Part shown: piece after piece, positions 36,982-48,292 of the stretch
Layout of the letters: the number at the start of each line of letters is the position of its first letter
Position numbering within the stretch: position 1 is the stretch's first letter
DNA from: Schmidtea polychroa
Lineage: Eukaryota
Assembly (NCBI GenBank): GCA_044892525.1
Contig: CM097885.1
Location: 68,014,001 to 68,078,000, forward strand
DNA: 64,000 bases
Direction: 5' to 3'
The notes under the pieces: generated by a model
What the model was told of the DNA's origin: nothing
Database searches by the model: none
The model's input: the letters and a program-made list of their open reading frames with translations, nothing else
Made by a program: the position numbers and the translations under genes

Positions 36982-38236
36982 CAGCTCGCAAAGAAATATT
37001 TATGCACCAAAGATCAGCGCTTCCATACTTACAGAAAGTAAATGTCATAAGAAACGAGAAACGAAGAATAGCCAATCGATGCACGGAGAAAAACGAAAAC
37101 TTTAAAGAGCAATCAAATTTCAATAAAATCCTACACCGAAACGGATACCAAGGTGAGGACATTGAAAAAATGAATTCTACCCCAAGAAGATCTAGGGAAT
37201 TAACACAAAAGAATCAGAAATATTTCTATCTTAATATCCCATTCATCAGTGACATACTCGACTTCAAGATCCTGAAAGAACTTAAACGTACCGGTCTTCC
37301 AATTCGGATAGCACATAAATCTTGGACATTGAGAAGGGTTCTGGCAGGCAACATAAATAGAGAAAACAATTGCACAATGAAAAACTGCCAGACACCGAAA
37401 GATATGTGCTTTAGAAAAAACATCGTCTATTGCATCACGTGCAATGTATGCAATGAAATCTACATTGGAAGTACCCTCAGGACATTGCACCAAAGAGTTA
37501 AAGAACATCTAGATCCTGGTGGAACATCCTCGTTGGGCAGACATCTCCGGCAGTGTCAGCCAACAGAGGAAAGAAAAAATATTTCAATAGAAATCATAGC
37601 TAATGGAAACATCCAAAAGAAAAATGTCAGAATCAAAGAAGCAATTCTCATAATAAACAGACAGCCAAAGATCAACACTAAAGAAGAAATCAATGAAATC
37701 ATGAATTTGATCTGTTGTCATTGACTTTGAGAATAACTGACAATATACAAAGAAATTAAAAAAATAAGAATAAATTAAAAAGTAATAATTAGAATAATAT
37801 AGAAAAAAATTTTAAAAAATAGGGTTTGAAAATCAAAATTGACACATTTATTGAAATATTTAAATAGCATATATAAGTAGTTATTGGAGGCTTTATTTAA
37901 AATATTTTCAAATATTTTATTAGGCTTCTAGAAGCTAATTATAGAAGCTGTAAAAAATTTAAAAATTTTAGTTTGTGTCATTTTGAAATTTTAAATGTAA
38001 AAATTATAAAAAAAATTTTAAAAGTTTTTAGTAAAACAATTCATTATATTTACAACCAATGAGAATTAAGAGAAAGGAAATAAAAGAAAGATTGAAGGGT
38101 ATTTTGAAGAAGAACATTGCTAAATTCCAGGAGATTGACAAGGACTATCGTATAGTCGAAAATTCTTTCATTAAATACATTATTTGCAGCAAAAGGCTTA
38201 AATTATCATTTTATTGTTTTAAATAATAAATGCTGC
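36981..38236 (+). mobile_element. 5'-truncated Penelope-like element (family A): RT C-terminal extension, Cys-rich linker, GIY-YIG endonuclease and 3' trailer
   Basis: Open frame PARKEIFMHQRSALP...CTMKNCQTPKDMCFRKNIVYCITCNVCNEIYIGSTLRTLHQRVKEH...RHLRQC...IKEAILI...PKINTKEE (stop at 37724). CCHH motif of PLE endonucleases; trailer shared with other copies. Confidence 0.92.
38130..38169 (+). ncRNA. Minimal type-I hammerhead-like motif with U3/A8 core variant
   Basis: GGAGA-TTGACAA-G-GACTAT-CGT-ATAGTC-GAAA-ATT-C-TTTC: 6-bp stem II, palindromic AATT stem III, UC cleavage site and a short stem I. Confidence 0.6.
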
Positions 38237-38774
38237 NNNNNNNNNNNNNNNNNNNNNNNNNNNNNNNNNNNNNNNNNNNNNNNNNNNNNNNNNNNNNNNN
38301 NNNNNNNNNNNNNNNNNNNNNNNNNNNNNNNNNNNNNNNNNNNNNNNNNNNNNNNNNNNNNNNNNNNNNGTCATAACTTAAAAACAAAATAACAACATTA
38401 TGAGTCCGATATTTTTGTAAAGGTGAAATTTAATTAAAGTTAATATCACAATAATTACAACATTTCCAATTTGCCTATATCAATAGGATCAAAATATGGT
38501 CAAAATTTTTGTCATATAAAATAGTTTGTTATTACACCATTTGTTTTGCGCATAAAACTTGTATGTCATACTTATGTGGTATTTTTGTGTTTTTATAAAT
38601 ACACCATATTGCAATTATAAAGAGGACTTTCAATAACAAAAATTGTTTAAATTATAAAGTCTTATCATTGTTACATTCACGATAAAAGCAAATTCATTAA
38701 TTGGAATAAAATGAAAAATATTGAAATTAAAATATGAAACGGGAATAGGTATAAGAAATAATGTGAAAATTACA

Positions 38775-38995
38775 AAATGTGGATAAGAATATAATCCATA
38801 ATTAATTATGAAAAAACAAAGTTAAGTGCAATAGTTACCGAAAGGATATAAAAGATTTTCGTAAATCTTAATCATGACCCTATGACGAATTGGAATTCGA
38901 GACAAGGAAATTAAAACCAATATAATCAAAGAAAATAATTTAAATTAAATAATATTAGTAAAATAATTTATTTTTGTTCTTTTTTATCTGTTATA
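38775..38995. repeat. Dispersed ~220-bp repeat (second copy 49004-49222)
   Basis: AAATGTGGATAAGAATATAATCC...TTTTTATCTGT is near-identical in both places; both copies lie downstream of PLE-A tails. Confidence 0.85.
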
Positions 38996-39169
38996 NNNNN
39001 NNNNNNNNNNNNNNNNNNNNNNNNNNNNNNNNNNNNNNNNNNNNNNNNNNNNNNNNNNNNNNNNNNNNNNNNNNNNNNNNNNNNNNNNNNNNNNNNNNNN
39101 NNNNNNNNNNNNNNNNNNNNNNNNNNNNNNNNNNNNNNNNNNNCCTATATAAGATTATTATGGTTAAAT

Positions 39170-40175
39170 GGTAGAAGTGAGATCAGTTAGTAGAAATAAT
39201 TATTTCTGTTAAATTTTTATATTTAAATTCTATATTAAATTATATCATATTATATTAAATTATATTAAATTAAATCAATTAAATGTATGACCAGTAATTA
39301 CATTAATATTAATAATTATCACGCCTCGGTGTTTAAATACGCTAGTAAACGGCACATTTTTGAAGTTGTTATAAAAATAAATGCTTGAAGAAGATTTGAA
39401 TTTAATTGCGTCTAACATGGCGACCACAACCACGGATTTATTGATAAGCAGAATATTACCTGAGAAATTTCACAAAGGCGATGATATAGAAAATTTTATC
39501 AAGGATTGTCAAAGGTTTTTTGGCGCGACAAAAACAACAATTAGGATACAAGTAATATTAACTACAACTTTACTTGACAGATCGCTAATGGAAGATTATG
39601 AAGCAGCCGAAGGAAAAACTATGGAAGAAAAACTTCGATATGCATTTTCGAAACCGACATCATTAATGGATGATTTAAAAGAAGCTTTGAGTTATGAACA
39701 AGGATCAGATTCAGCCGAAAATTTTATAGAGAAAATTAAAAAGATGACAAAGAAATTAATAGCGCACAAATGGGATGAAGAAGAAATAGAAAAATGCCTG
39801 CTTACAAACTGTGTAAGAGATCGAGAAGTTAAAAAAGAGATCGAGATGAAAGATTTGAAAACATCAGAAGAAATAAAAGCGACTATAAAGAAATTAAAAA
39901 AGGTAAACAAAATTATGGGCCATATTAATGTTGTGAAGACTTCACCGGTTGTTCAAAACTACAGAAGTTACAGAGATGTTGCTCAAAGAGGAATGGTAAA
40001 CGGAAATAATAATTTCAAGGAGCGAAACGTCAGTAACCGACAATTGGAATGCTGGGCATGCAAGAAAACTGGTCATGTTAGTCGAGAATGCCAAATGAAA
40101 AAGGAAATGACGTGTTTTGCATGCGGAGTTGAAGGTCACGTACGGCGAGAATGTTCTTTGAATCAAAAAAGCAAA
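39170..40175 (+). mobile_element. 5' part of a Gypsy-like LTR retrotransposon: LTR end, PBS and gag
   Basis: AATAAA, then an LTR end TCTAACA (39417) directly followed by PBS-like TGGCGACCAC; gag ORF with two CCHC knuckles. The left boundary is uncertain because of the gap. Confidence 0.75.
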
Positions 40176-40271
40176 AGAATCAAAGAAGCAATTCTCATCA
40201 TAAACAGACAGCCAAAGATCAACACTAAAGAAGAAATCAATGAAATCATGAATTTGATCTGTTATCATTGA
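39417..40271 (+). CDS. Gag-like protein (two CX2CX4HX4C knuckles) fused in frame to the last 31 aa of the PLE-A endonuclease; 284 aa
   Basis: CWACKKTGHVSREC and CFACGVEGHVRREC, then RIKEAILIINRQPKINTKEEINEIMNLICYH, which matches the end of ORF 37002-37724. Confidence 0.8.
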   Translation: MATTTTDLLISRILPEKFHKGDDIENFIKDCQRFFGATKTTIRIQVILTTTLLDRSLMEDYEAAEGKTMEEKLRYAFSKPTSLMDDLKEALSYEQGSDSAENFIEKIKKMTKKLIAHKWDEEEIEKCLLTNCVRDREVKKEIEMKDLKTSEEIKATIKKLKKVNKIMGHINVVKTSPVVQNYRSYRDVAQRGMVNGNNNFKERNVSNRQLECWACKKTGHVSRECQMKKEMTCFACGVEGHVRRECSLNQKSKRIKEAILIINRQPKINTKEEINEIMNLICYH

Positions 40272-40735
40272 CCTTGAGAATAACTGACAATATATAAAGA
40301 AATTATAAAAAAATAGAATAAATTAAAAAGTAATAATTAGAATAATATAGAAAAAAATTTTAAAAAATAGGGTTTGAAAATCAAAATTGACACATTTATT
40401 GAAATATTTAAATAGCATATATAAGTGGTTATTGGAGGCTTTATTTAAAATATTTTCAAATATTTTATTAGGCTTCTAGAAGCTAATTATAGAAGCTGTA
40501 AAAAAATTTAAAAAATTTTTTTAGTTTGTGTCATTTTGAAATTTTAAATGTAAAAATTATAAAAAAAATTTTAAAAGTTTTTAGTAAAACAATTCATTAT
40601 ATTTACAACCAATGAGAATTAAGAGAAAGGAAATAAAAGAAAGGTTGAAAGGTATTTTGGGGAAGAACATTGCTAAATTCCAGGAGATTGACAAGGACTA
40701 TCTTATTAAATACATTATTTGCAGCAAAAGGCTTA
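40176..40735 (+). mobile_element. Heavily 5'-truncated PLE family A insertion
   Basis: Near-identical to ~37628-38190. Carries a deletion through the HHR stem II/GAAA and ends at a gap. Confidence 0.9.
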
Positions 40736-41544
40736 NNNNNNNNNNNNNNNNNNNNNNNNNNNNNNNNNNNNNNNNNNNNNNNNNNNNNNNNNNNNNNNNN
40801 NNNNNNNNNNNNNNNNNNNNNNNNNNNNNNNNNNNNNNNNNNNNNNNNNNNNNNNNNNNNNNNNNNNNNNNNNNNNNNNNNNNNNNNNNNNNNNNNNNNN
40901 NNNNNNNNNNNNNNNNNTATTTTTTCTTGTCTAGGTCTGTTGGCGCACGTTGTGTGTAAAAAAAGATAAAAAACTATATAGCGATAATTTCCTATAGTAA
41001 ATCGACGACAAGAAGAAAAAAATCGAAGAAAATATTAAGTAAATAATTACTTGAAAACCTAAAAACTAACAAATTTGATATTATTATAAATACAGTGGAA
41101 AATCATTTTGAAAACTATATACAATACAAAATTGGAGTTCCTGAAACTTGCAAAAGAAAATTCGAAGTCAAGCTCATCAGCAGATTCAGGTCATTTAGAT
41201 ATTTTTATTGGGAGTTCGAAGTCAATCTCTCCTGTAGACTTAAATCATTTCGATATTTTTGTTGTGAATTCGAAGTCAATCCCACCCAGCACACCAAGTA
41301 GCTTTTGTTTATTAATAAAGTTACAATTTTTAAGTTGTTAATTTGTTAATCATTTTGTTATTTTGTTGCGCTTCTTATTATTATTATCATTTTTTTTGCA
41401 TTACATACACACACCCTAACAGTCCCGACACAGAGATTTTTACAGGAGATTCTGTTAGGTTCTAACAAACCTTTCTTTTACACACCAATATTAATTAATA
41501 TACAGGCGATAATAAACATCATAATTAAATTTCAAGAATTACAA

Positions 41545-41610
41545 CAATAATAATAATAATAATAAAGTGATAATTTAAGCCTTTTGCTGCGAATAATGTT
41601 TATTTTGTGG
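41545..41610 (-). mobile_element. Inverted PLE-A 3' tail with (AAT)n
   Basis: Reverse complement reads ...GCAGCAAAAGGCTTAAATTATCACTTTATTATTATTATT, matching the trailer end. Confidence 0.75.
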
Positions 41611-42499
41611 TTTTTAATTTAATTAATTTAATTTTAATTTAATTAATTTAATTACAATCTAGAAATCTATTCGTCAAAATGTTTACTTGGTGGTAAATTA
41701 TTTCATACCTGCCTACTAAATTTTCAAATCTGACACTATTTTATAAGTTCAATATAATTCGATATAATTTATAAAAATAGACTCATTTTGGGAGGAGTGG
41801 ATCTTTCAAAATATGAATCCATCACCGCTGTAGTTATATTATTTGAGTATTTAAATTTATTTTTATTATCCTATAATTTGATTGGTTGCACAACCGCATG
41901 GTAACTGATGGATTGGATCTTAGTATAAGAGAAATGGTTGCTTTAAACAAAAATATTTTGATTTGAAAAAAAGAAGAAAAGGAAGGTACTCAAAGAAATT
42001 CAATGGAGAAGATAGTAAAAACCAGCAAATTAAATGAAAATTATTATCGGGAAAAGAAAAATCGAACAGATAAAATTAACATCATAGAACAGAATTTGAA
42101 GATAACAAATTTGGCAAGGACGAGAGATGAAAAAATGAGAATATGTATGGTTGAAATAGAACGAGGATCGAATATAAAATTTTCAGAATTATTACTAAGG
42201 AAAAACGAAGAGTGGTGGGAACTTCATGTATTTAAAACAGTGCTTGAGGTTTTAGAGGGAGATACAAATATATGGAAGGAACTGCCAAACAAATCTTCGT
42301 GGGGAATTTCGAAAGAAATATAGCATAAAAATTTGAGACCTGCCAATTGAACTGCTTGGTTATCCTTGGAATGCCGAATAACGTCAGAAACAAAGCCAAC
42401 AAGAAAAAGAATTATGTCTACAAAGGAAGTAAATAGTTTTCTACCAATAACGGAAAAGATAATGAAATATCGGAAATCATTTTTGAAAAAGGAAATACC

Positions 42500-43110
42500 G
42501 AAACAGGAAATCAGAAAGAATATTATTTTCATGGACCCTTAATATGGAGTTGACGAGAAAAATAAAATGGTTCCATTGTCGGTATGTTTAATAGAATGCA
42601 ATGGCAAAATTATCTATAATTCTATCATCACCCCAAGGAACGTTGAAAAATTACATCACTCACATTCATGGGATAACGAAGAAAATGTCCAGAAATCAGG
42701 AATATCAGTACGAAAATACTCAGTACGAAAGTATGGCCATAATTCATGAATTAACAGAAATAAAAGTTTTGGTAGTCCACGACTTAAGAAACGAGTTATT
42801 AAACAGTGGCATTCAAGTAGTAAACGTATAGGGAATTCGAGATTTTGCTAGAGCTCGAGCTTTGTTTAAGAGAAACGTAACAATTAATGGAGATTGGTTC
42901 AAATTGTCGATAGTGCCCGAAGAAATATGCGGAATTAAAATGCAAAAAGGTAATCATTCTGCGTTAGAAGATACTGACACAATCAGATGGATACATTTGG
43001 CAATCGAAAATCAGTGGGAAGACGATAAAAATTGTTAAGAAGCAGTACCCAAAAACGTATGCTCATTAGAAGAGTATCGAGAGATAAGGGCTTTAATGAC
43101 ATTCAAATAA
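42500..43110 (+). pseudogene. Decayed DEDDh 3'-5' exonuclease (REX4/ISG20-like)
   Basis: IIFMDP*YG (DxE motif with GAA>TAA), VCLIECNGKIIYNSIITP, then a frameshift, KNYITHIHGIT, VLVVHDLRNE, IRDFA, KGNHSALED. Confidence 0.8.
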
Positions 43111-43470
43111 TATGGGGAGCCCAGAAATAATAAATTTGTTTATAAATACACCACATTGTAAATATAAAATCGGTTTCATGTATGTTGGAAGTATTTACAT
43201 ACATAAAAGTGAACAATTACTGTTTACAAATTATTGTACAAATATTTTATATTAAAATCTGCAAATGTCACATTTTAAATTATTCTCTATTTAACTTCGT
43301 GGATTTTAATGAAAAATCATTTAAAAAGTATATAAGCTATATTTTAATTGTTAAATTTATTAAATAAATATTATCAAGATTTAAAAATTTAATAAGCTTA
43401 TCTCCCATAATTTCCTCTTGGCAAAGATTGAGGAAAAAAGTTTTAATATGGGGGAAATTATCTTTTAAAA

Positions 43471-45948
43471 CTGGCTTGTCCCACCAGCGGTCCGCAGGCC
43501 ACATGCGGCCCAAAACACATTTGTAAACTTTTTGAGTTTTTAAAATATTATTAATGTCTTTTTAAATACAATTTTCTTATGCTACTTATTTTAAAGAGAC
43601 AAATTTTTCAATTAGTCATTTTCTTTAGCGATGAGAGATTCACAAAATCGTTTTAAAATAATTGTGTTTGTTCAAACTTGCCGCCATGCGAGTTAGTTAC
43701 TAACTCGACCCACACTAAATCCTTCGATGCACTACCCGCCTTTTACAATGCGTACTGCTGCGTTCCATGTGCGCCACACAGGCGATGTACAATTGTAGTG
43801 TTTACATATATTTTACACTGTACAATTTACAGTATTATTTGTAGTATTTTATACGGAACTACTTTTGCAAAAGACAGATGTTTTTAATTATTTAGAAGAT
43901 ATGAACGTATTTCTTATTGATTATAAATTATTGTTTATTAATTTATCATCTATTTTCTTTTTCTTTTAAACCTAGGCTTCAAATGTTTCAAAAGAAAACT
44001 AATGCAAAAAAAAAGAAAAATTAACAAAGAGAGAAAATTATTTAATCAAAAGTGGACAGATGACTACTTTTATGTCGAAGCAAATAATAGGGCCCTTTGC
44101 TGAATTTGTAGGGATTCTGTGCATGTTTTCAAAGACTACAGTTTAAAAAGACATTACACGACAAAGCATGTTACGAAATTAGTGTGTCTCAAGGAATGAG
44201 CCATAAAGATAAGATCGTGGAATTGCGAAAAAGTTTATTACCTCAACAAAAATATTTTAAAAGAGTAACAAAACAAACCGAGTCTATTGTAAAATCTAGT
44301 TATGTGATTGCGAACTTGATAGCCAAAAAATCAAAAATATATGTTGATGGTGAGTTTATTAAGATTTGTATGAATAAAACGGCAGATATAATTTACTCTG
44401 AAAGAAAAAAGGATTTTTCCAAAATCAGTTTATCGTACCAAACCTTAGGCAGGTGAATTGATGAAATAGGAAATTCTTTAAAAAAGTTTAGAGAATAGAG
44501 CTACTAATTTTTAATTTTATGCTTTGGCGGTGGACGAAAGATGCTACTAATACTACTGATACAGCTCAATTGGCAATTTTTATTAGAGGTATTGATGATA
44601 AAGAAAAAAAATATCACTGAAGAAATGGCTTTTTTATGGCCATTAAAAGACAAAACTTAATCAAGAGATTTATACGAAGCAGTGAAAAATACGTTGAAGC
44701 GATTTTCTTTGTTCCTTGTAAACTATCTTGTATAGTTACTGATCGTGCCACACAATGATAGGCAAAACAAGCGGGCTTGTTAAATTAATAGAAGACGATG
44801 CAATTGTTTCCAAAAATTTATTAATGATGAAATATCAATGCATAGTACACCAAGAAAATTTATCCGCAAAAGCTTTAAAGATGGATAGTGTAATGCGGAT
44901 TGTCACCAAGTATGTAAACTTTATAAAGGCTAAAGGTTTGAATCGTCGCAAATTCCAGGAATTTCTTAAAAATATGAACGCTGACTATGGGGATATTATT
45001 TATTTTCAGAAGAGAGACGGTTAAGTAGAGGTAAAATGATAACAAGATTTTATGATTTACGAAATGATATAACGTCATTTATGGAATCAAAAACAAAACT
45101 TGTGCCAGAACTTGGAGATAAGAACTGCTCACAGATTTGGCATTTATAGTAGATTTCACCTCTTATTTAAATTATTTAAACATGCGTCTTCAGGGTAAAA
45201 ATAAACTGATCAATGAAATGTTTCAAAATATAACAGCGTTTGAAAAAAACTGAGTCTGTTGCAATCTCAAATTTAGACAAATAATTTTATGCATTTTAAA
45301 ACGTTGGATCATCACCGCCCTTTAAACAATGAGAAATATGCAGCCTTGCTTGATGATTTTATCCGCAAATTTGAAAGCAGATTTCAAGATTTCCCAAAAA
45401 ATGACCAATTTTTTTTTCATTTGAGATTCCATTTTCAGCCGACATAAACATTACACCTGATAATCTTCAAATGGAGTGCATAGAGCTACAAACTAACATT
45501 TAACTTAGAGAAAAATTTAATAATGTTCCTTTACTGGATTTCTTTCTAGAGAAAAATATCCCTAGCTTCACAATCATGCCCTATTTATGTCACCGCTATT
45601 TAGAATTACCTATATTTGTGATCAACTATTTTCAAGAATGAAGCATATGAAGTTAAACTAGAAGTAAATTTTCTGATGAGCACCTTGAGAATTCACTGAG
45701 AATTGCAGTTAGTTCCATCCAATCAAATATCGAAGCATCAGTCTCTCAAAAACCAAACCAGATTTCTCACTAACTTTATGTTGTCGTCTTGTTTTTAACT
45801 TTTATATATTCATAAATAAATAAAGTTAAAAAAATGTTGACATTGTTTGTTTTGGTAATCAAATAGTTATCCTATTTTATGTGCGGCCCAAAACCAACTC
45901 ATATTTTAAAAATATGAGCCCCAAAGGATAAGTGGTTGGACACCCATG
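43471..45948 (+). mobile_element. Near full-length decayed hAT (SPIN/Buster/Charlie, GTF2IRD2-like) transposon
   Basis: TIR GGTTGGACACCCATG on the right and a degenerate left copy; TSD TTTTAAAA/TTTTAAAC; TGCGGCCC subterminal motifs. Transposase pieces KWTDDYFYVE..ALC*IC..KRHYTTKH, YQCIVHQENLSAK, FIKAKGLNRRKFQEFL. Confidence 0.88.
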
Positions 45949-47201
45949 TTTTAAACAATAATTTAACAACAATTATTAACCTTTTGGATACCGGCGTGAC
46001 CTATGGGTCCAGAGCGATTTTCTCCTAAAGTATAAGGCACAGATCAAAAGTTTTTACATCATTATTTAGAACTTATATACAACAAATTTTTATCATATTC
46101 TGGTCAACAGATAATTGAGTCACAATTTTAAAAATTAAGATTAAATTTACTTGTCAAGAATTTACAAGAGATTTAAACTTTGGGCTACGAGAAGAAATTC
46201 CTAAAGAAACTTAAACACCATAATTGAAATATACTTTCTGAGCTGTTTCGTCTCTTTGATAGGTCTATCTTAATCTTAATCAAATCCGTGAATTGATCAT
46301 TGTAATTGAATTCCAGGATTTGTGTCAGATTTAGTATCAATAACTTTTGTATATTATTGGGAGTTTGTCATTGTCAGCGACAGTAAGTGAGTCAGAGTAA
46401 TAATCAATAACTACAGTCACTATTTAAATTTAGTAAAACCGAACAAATTTAAGGGAGTATTGTCACTATATAAAGAAGCGAAAATCGTTAAATGGAGCTT
46501 TATGCCTAAGCTAGGACATAAGAACTTTAGAATAGATTTGAGGAAAATAATAAAGGAATAATTCAACGGAGTTGTAAGAAGAATTAATAGAATATATAAA
46601 GATTAATACGATTATTTTTTGCAACTGTCTCGAATTCAGTAGCAAAATGTCGAACTGTGCATTTTGTGTGAGTTTTGTATTGGGTGACTTGTTACTTAAT
46701 TGATTTAAGAGTATGGGTAGTCAGTAATTGATTGACTATTATTGTTTATTGATTTTAGAAACAAGTAATAATAATAATAGATAATCAATAAATGACAAGA
46801 TAAGACATTCTCGCAAGATTTTTTTGGTGAAAATTTTTGATTATCAAATAATCTTTTTCAATTTACATCAGAACTTAGCTAAAATATTCAATTTGTGATT
46901 CTATTTTCTTTCAAATTTTATATTGTATTTCCATTGAAAATAGATCCGTTAAATAAATGTATGAAAGTTTTCAAAAGATTTTTTATTAACTTTACAAATA
47001 AAAATATTTTCACAATTTAAATACTTTAATTTTCATTCCGTTCTGTTCCTTAATTTTAAATATTTTTTTTAATATAACTAACAATAATAAATTACTATTA
47101 CATATCAGTACAATTCTGTCAAAAAACAAACCATTACTATAAAAGTGAATCAATAATTAAGATAAACATTACAAGCTTTGTGATACCCAGTGCAAATCCC
47201 A

Positions 47202-47243
47202 ATAGTAGACTAGTTTCGAGCTTTTGGCTCTCATCAGTACTAT
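47202..47243 (-). ncRNA. Canonical minimal type-I hammerhead ribozyme
   Basis: ATAGTA-CTGATGA-GAGC-CAAAA-GCTC-GAAA-CTAG-TC-TACTAT: intact core, stem II, palindromic ACTAGT stem III, GUC site and a 6-bp stem I. Confidence 0.9.
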
Positions 47244-48223
47244 GCAGGAGACGCGAAGGTTTCTCTTCGCGCCAGGTAAGTATACAATATTGCTGATTCA
47301 AATCTATTGCATTCTTTACCTGCTACACTGGAAATCACATCACTTGCAAATTCGCAAAATCACAGAAACAAATATCTGCAAACTTGTAAACATGGCGTGT
47401 GAAAAATCATATTCGCCTCTGGAGACACCGTCATACACAGAAACTGTTTACAAGTGCATCCGTAAACCTTTAGCATTTTTTAATCCATTACGAATTAATA
47501 ATTATAAATAAAATATTGAAAGAAATCATTAGAAAAGTCGGTGATTTTAATTTTTAATTAAACTTAAATTAAACTTGCAAATTCGTTTGAATTCGAGGAA
47601 AAATTTAGTAATTTTAATTTAGTAAAATGTCAAAAATTTAAACTGCTCGTAATTGAGTCGATTTGTCGATGTTGTTAAAATTATTGAGAGAACTAGTGCA
47701 GTTTTGTTAAATTTCTATTTCTCGAATTCTCATTGGATAAAAATTTAGTAAAATCTTATTTTCAGTTCGAATAGAGTAAATAAACATCAAACCTAATGCG
47801 TTGATATTTGTTAAGTGAAAAAAAACTCTGAATTGATGAAAATAAGGTGAATAAATAACTTTTCAGTAAATAATAAACAAATAATATTCATGGAAAGCAA
47901 TATTATTATATTGCATTTAGTTACTAAAAAAATTTTAATTTTAAAAATAAATTTAATAACACTTCATAGACAGTAGGACAACTTTTTTAGTATAATTAGT
48001 TTAATATTTCATGATACAATCAAGAGGCTCTGTATTATGACATATTTTCATTGTTTGTTATCTTGCATTTTCATGATGAAAAAAGGCCAAATACGATTTG
48101 ATATTAAAAAACTAATGTTATGTTTGCTATCTATCTATGCTATATTTACATCATACATTAAGTTCGTGGGAAAATTATATAAAGGAACTAAAAAATATTG
48201 TAATAATAATTAATATTAATAAA

Positions 48224-48290
<67 letters not shown>
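48224..48290. repeat. (TAT)n microsatellite; a PLE-A tail fragment follows at ~48455-48555
   Basis: Perfect run of about 22 units. Downstream AAAAGGCTTAAATTATCATTTT...GCTACCAAGAAATCATC...ATTATT matches the PLE-A trailer end. Confidence 0.9.

Positions 48291-48292
<2 letters not shown>

Noticed and set aside
47160-47283. A U1 snRNA gene (ATACTTACCTGG start and a later TTGCAC)
   Set aside because: No U1-70K loop (GATCACGAAG), no cloverleaf and no convincing Sm site; the body is a hammerhead ribozyme.
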